A program made the position numbers and the translations under genes. The notes below the pieces were generated by a model. That model was not told where the DNA came from, ran no database searches, and saw only the letters and a program-made list of their open reading frames with translations. Source: Schizochytrium sp. TIO01 (Eukaryota; Protista; Bigyra: Labyrinthulomycetes). From it: a stretch of 64,000 bases of DNA. Below, piece by piece: positions 59,013-64,000 of this stretch (its first letter is position 1; every line of letters starts with the position of its first letter). The stretch spans positions 1,798,001 to 1,862,000 of the forward strand of contig SMSO01000034.1 in the NCBI GenBank assembly GCA_004764695.1, given 5' to 3'.

Positions 59013-59348
59013 ATGTCGCGTTTTATGTGGTGGAACAAGGTAATGGGGATTCGAGCGGGGAATATTTTGTTCTTTCCTAAGCAAGTTCATGGGGAGATAG
59101 AAGATGCTTGGAGACACCGAGCAGGACCTAGGAAGCTCCTGGCTAGCGGCAACAACTTCGAACCAGCAGGTGGGTGCTTGGTGCTCTTGAAAGATGGCAA
59201 GCGACTCTTCACGCACAAATCGCAAACTCCTACAAACAACACTCTTCGACGCAACATCTGGAGAAATGTGAAGATGGCACAGAATTCCAATTTCAACGAA
59301 TGGGTTCACAATAGAGTGCATGAGGCGGCAGAACTTGTCACATCGTAG
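59013..59348 (+). CDS. Candidate small ORF or gene relic, 111 aa
   Basis: ACCATG start, repeat-free, protein-like composition; no confident family assignment. Confidence 0.2.
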   Translation: MSRFMWWNKVMGIRAGNILFFPKQVHGEIEDAWRHRAGPRKLLASGNNFEPAGGCLVLLKDGKRLFTHKSQTPTNNTLRRNIWRNVKMAQNSNFNEWVHNRVHEAAELVTS

Positions 59349-62300
59349 CATCTGTGGTGGTGTCTGATCGCTCGCAAGACTTCCAAAGACAACAAAAATT
59401 GTGCTTGCGCCGCGGACGCCTCGCAGCAGGAGTCGGACGACTGACTGACTGACTGACTGACTGACTGGTAACACGGTAAAGAGCACGAACTCGGCCCGGG
59501 CCACTGCGCAGCTTGGCGGCCTGCTCCGGTCCATCAACGCCACGCCAATTAATAACATGTCCTGCTTGTCGCACCTTTTGTTCTCAGCTAATGCAACTTA
59601 CTCCGGCCTTAGTGTTAGCTATTGTGGAGGATTGATTCGCCCCCAAAGTTCGTAAACTAAACTATCGATTGGTGGGTGCTTCTGCATTAATTAAGTGGCT
59701 TCCTCAAGCCCAAAGCCAGCGGCAAGGCCTTCCGTATAAGTAAAACCGTACCTGCAGAGAGACTTGAGCTCGTGAGCCACAGCATATCGTGCTGCTGTTT
59801 TTGGCTAGCTTTGGCTAGATTTTGCTAGCTTTTCCTTTTCCACATGGTCTCTTCGAGTCATACATATATATACATATATGTAGAGATATGTACATATGTG
59901 GATATATATCTATAGTAGACACATAATACATGGATGTGTTCATTTAGAGACGATTTAGGAGACGGAGTTTGATGGGCCTTGAAGCAGCCAGCAGCAGCTG
60001 GAGCCCGGAAACAGCCACGAAGAACTCGAGCTGCCTGCTGCAAAGTAAAGATAAGTGGAGAGCTCTTTCCTCTGAGGTTCCTCTGAGGGCGACGACTGCC
60101 TTTGATTGACGGCAGCTGTAGAGAAACGGATGACTTGGGGCGCTTTGCCAAGCTTGGTTTGCTCAAGTGAGGCGTGGATGGCAGGCACTGCTGGATAAGC
60201 AGGAGGCTGGCTAGCTAGCTAGGCCCTTTGGGTAGTAGATCAACCAGCCAGCAACTAATGCGAGGCAGGCCAAGGGACGCCCTAAATGCAGTGCGGAGCA
60301 TCGGAAGCAGCCATCTCCGTGTCTGCGAGTAGGCAGACCGGCTGGCTCGCTGAGGTTTGGGAAGAAGGCCTGTGGACAGCGCGAGACTCTGGAAGACTGC
60401 AGAATGCTGCGTACGCTCAAACAAACAAGCCAATGCTTGGACCATTGTAACGCTCACTCTACGTACGCCAGGTGCGCTTCTTTGTTTCTTTGTTTCTTTG
60501 TTTGTTTCTTTGTTTCTTTGTTTCTTTTTCTCGTTTTCTCTCTCTGTCCCTTTGGTTCTTACTTATTAGTTTTTCGGTAAGTACGAAGTTTAAATTTACT
60601 TAACAATTTTTATTTTTTATTTTCTTGTTTTTTAAAATGACTCTCTTTTGTTTTGTTTTTGGATTTTCTATGTTAGGGTTTCGGCTTTGTTTTCTTTCTT
60701 TTCAATTTGAGACATCCGACTGGTGTCCATGGCACAGTGCTCCGAACAGGCGAAAATTACGATCACTGTAGTAATAAATTTTAACATAAATATCTCCCTC
60801 TCTGTGTGCAAAGTTATGGGGTGAATGATACCATCAGCTAGACCAGAATATTTTATACTCTTTCCACAGGCTCTTCATTTGAAAATTTCAACATAATACT
60901 TTATTTTGAAATTTTTAACCCTCTTTCAACTAGCACTATCTACCGACTATTAGTAATGTTGTTGTTTTTGTTGATGATGGCTCACACATTTGCCCCACTG
61001 TACATTTCGCGCAGATCAGAGAAACGATAAATGACAGCACTTTGCATTTAGTTTGACAGTTCATATCCAGAAGATGAATAAAAGGCCGTGTCGTAGACCC
61101 CACCAGGACGACCTCGCCAAAGGATTGGAGCTGGTGAATGCGTAACAGCATAACTTTCAGACCCGTAGCAGACAAGGCTGTTGGAGGAGCTCAGGTGTTC
61201 AAACCGAGCAATCAATCTCTAGATAGGCTTTGTGGCTTGGACCGAACCGACTCAAGTTAACTGTGGAGACACCTGCTTTTGTGGGAACGAGCAAAAAACT
61301 CAAAAGCTCGTGTCCTGAGCTTAGCCGGACGCTTAGGTCCCGCAAAAAGGGCCTTTGCACCCGTTGGATTAAGTTGGCATCGCCCTTACGCCACGGATCT
61401 CTACGGATGGCCCACAAGGAAGCACCTCCTTAGTAGCAGCTACTCGCCACACCTATTTTTTGAGCAAACCTGCGCTGCTTTTCATGAGCAGGTAGAGTGT
61501 TCTTAAACCAGCGCACCCACAGAATCGAACTGCCTTTTAAGACGTAGGGGCGTACGAAAGCTGGCAGTGGAATAAAGGCTTCAAGCCCTTTCTAACAGCA
61601 CGAACTTGAAGCTAGCTCCCTTTACACGGAGCGTGCCTAAAGGTAGCAGCTACGCAGCTACGCAGCTAGGTGGAGTTTATGCTCCTATGGAGGAGCTTTC
61701 CCTCCTCGCTTCCTTCCTTTGGGGCTCGTACGAGTCGTCGTACGAAGTGGCAAAACGCGATCTTTACGGCGAGAACGCAATACTGTTCGCTACGAAATGA
61801 AAGAGTTGAGGGGTCGGTTCGAATGGCAGTTCAACCACCTGACTGCTGATAAGCGCTGAAGAATCAAACTGCGGGGGGCTACGGAGTGGGATGAGAGGCA
61901 GTCTCACAGACAGACAGACAGACAGACAGAGAGAGAGAGAGAACAAGGACAGAAGAACAGACGCGCGAAGCGGCGAAGCGAAGCCTTTTTGCCTTGTGCC
62001 TCCGACTTGAAGCTCGAGTTTTGTCGCGTGCAGCCTGTGCTTATGATGTTTTGGTCTCGATCCACGCAGGCGATTGATTGTTGATTCATCTTCTTCTTCG
62101 AATGCACACTTGGTCGCGCGGACCGTGAGAAAACAGCGCCAAACGAACCCACGCCGCCAGTACCTTGGCACGTTTCAATAAAGCAAGTGGCTGGGGAAAG
62201 ATAGCGCAAAGAGGCCAAGAAGCCATCCATTCTGAAAGAGGCCTGAAAGCAAAGCCGCCGAGCTCTGGCTCGATTTGATCTGATTTGATTTGGTATGATT

Positions 62301-63561
62301 TGATTTGATTTGATTTGGTTTGGTTTGATAGACTATCCAAGCAAAAGCTCAGGGGGGACTGAGGATCGCAGAAGAATACGTGCTCAGCACACCGGGAGCC
62401 AGGAGTCCGAACGCGCGTAGAATCCTTCGAGTTTGAGGAGCTTCTTTTGCGCTCCTGGAAAGATGCGATATGGGTTGAATGGATGAAGGATCGCACACAT
62501 AATAGAGCGCCAAGATTCTGCGCTGCGAAGGAAACGACGTCGGGTGAATTGAGAAGAAGGAAATGCGCGCTGGCTGAGCCTGGCATTCAGGATCAAAGAG
62601 GTGCTGTAAGCAGGCAAGGAGGGCGGCCAGAGCAAGATGGACCACGGCACGGACGCACGCTCTTTAAGTACTGCCGACAGCAAGCGCTTCTGGGGGGATT
62701 TTAACCGCAGACATAATCGTATCGCAGCGACCAGATCCGTTCTGACGCTTTTCATGGTTCCAACGGGAGCAAAGGCTTTTTTCTGCCGACTTTTGAATGA
62801 ATCCTCGAGGTCTTTATGCGCCTGTTTTGCAGCGTGTCTTAGTTTTTACAGCCAGATTTAATGAAGATGATCAGGAGCGATGTCTTCCATTTATTAGTCC
62901 TTTGGCAAGAACCTAAAATAATACATTAGCTCGCCCCAACGAAGGTTTGCAGACCGGCCGACTCAGCAAAAGTGATGAAGAGGGCGGGAAAGCAAGCCTA
63001 AGCAGAGATCATCTTCACACGGATCGGCTCATAAAGCATTTCCTCATTATTGAATTTGATTTGATTTGGATCTATTTGGTTGAGATTTTAGATGAAAATT
63101 ACACTTGTTTCTATAATGTTGATTACTTAATTCTAAAAGCGATAATTCGAATATAATGTTACGAAAAACATATTTTAATAGTGTACAATTCACCTAATTA
63201 CATCCCAAAAGTTCCAGCCCCGTTTTGATTCTTGCGCTCGGATCCTTGCTTTCTACTTTTTACGGCCCGATGCCTTCGCCATTTACGAGCAATGGCACCA
63301 GATAGCGAGAAAAGATCCAACGAAATACGATATGGTGCGTCCACAGTATAGTCTTCTTTCTTGCTCTCTCCTTCATCTCGGACTATGTATCTTTTCTTTT
63401 CTTAAAGAAAAGAATGAATGAATAAATGTACTGTGGGTCCGCGTATAGTGTCATCATAGGTACCTCCTACCTACCTCCCATCACGCGCCATCGCACGGTT
63501 CGAGTGCGTGTTTCGTTGGCTCTTCGAAGAAATGGAGCAGCGTCGACACAACAGCGGTACT

Positions 63562-63593
<32 letters not shown>

Positions 63594-63720
63594 ACAATCA
63601 AATTGCTCTATTGTTCGCTTGGCACAGCACGAATACATAAATAAAATGAACAAACAAACAAACAAACAAACAAACAAACAAACAAACAAACAAACAAACA
63701 AACAAACAAACAAACAAACA
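63562..63720. repeat. (GA)n tract followed by an (AAAC)~18 tract
   Basis: Direct reading: GA run ~63562-63587, AAAC run ~63649-63720. Confidence 0.9.
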
Positions 63721-64000
63721 GATACAAAAGAGGTCCGAGCCGCACTCGAGCTGATTGAGGGGTCCTTAAGACGCCATCCGAGGTTTTGAGGGCTGGGATT
63801 TTAATTTGGCAGCAAGAACAACGACATTCCAGAGAAAAAGAGGTCCAGCAAAGTGGAAAGATGGAATCAGCTGCTACGGGGAAAAGGCACATGCCACGTT
63901 GATTAAGTGATTGATTGATTAAAATTAATTGACTGATTAATTGATTGACGACAACGCGTTGCGACAGTTTCCAAGTGATACTATATTGCTCGTACTACTT

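Noticed and set aside
58970-59020. tRNA-like A box (TGCTCAATTGGTAG) and B-box-like TTCGAAACC; similar GTTCGA words at ~18542, 61520, 61816 and 63497
   Set aside because: No cloverleaf could be built; stems do not pair.

Overview
Eukaryotic microbial DNA of intermediate GC, CpG-rich, with apparently intron-free genes and many tetranucleotide microsatellites. The style suggests a thraustochytrid/labyrinthulomycete stramenopile, which is inference only. Three credible protein-coding genes all lie in the first 10.7 kb: (1) an ABCF2/Arb1-type soluble ABC-F ATPase (3205-5388, +); (2) an orphan, largely low-complexity 399-aa protein ending in a polybasic stretch plus CaaX box (6879-8078, +); (3) a convergent YY1/Pho-like four-finger C2H2 transcription factor with Q/A/N-rich regions (8726-10624, -). 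Upstream of the YY1-like gene, the remaining >53 kb holds no ORF I can recognise as a gene and no tRNA, rRNA or intact transposon that I could see. It is a mosaic of GC/CpG-rich modules, AT-rich linkers and micro/minisatellites. The main hypothesis worth testing is that this is an extended regulatory and/or non-coding-transcribed landscape attached to a YY1-like regulator in a unicellular eukaryote. All counts were made by eye; no searches were run.
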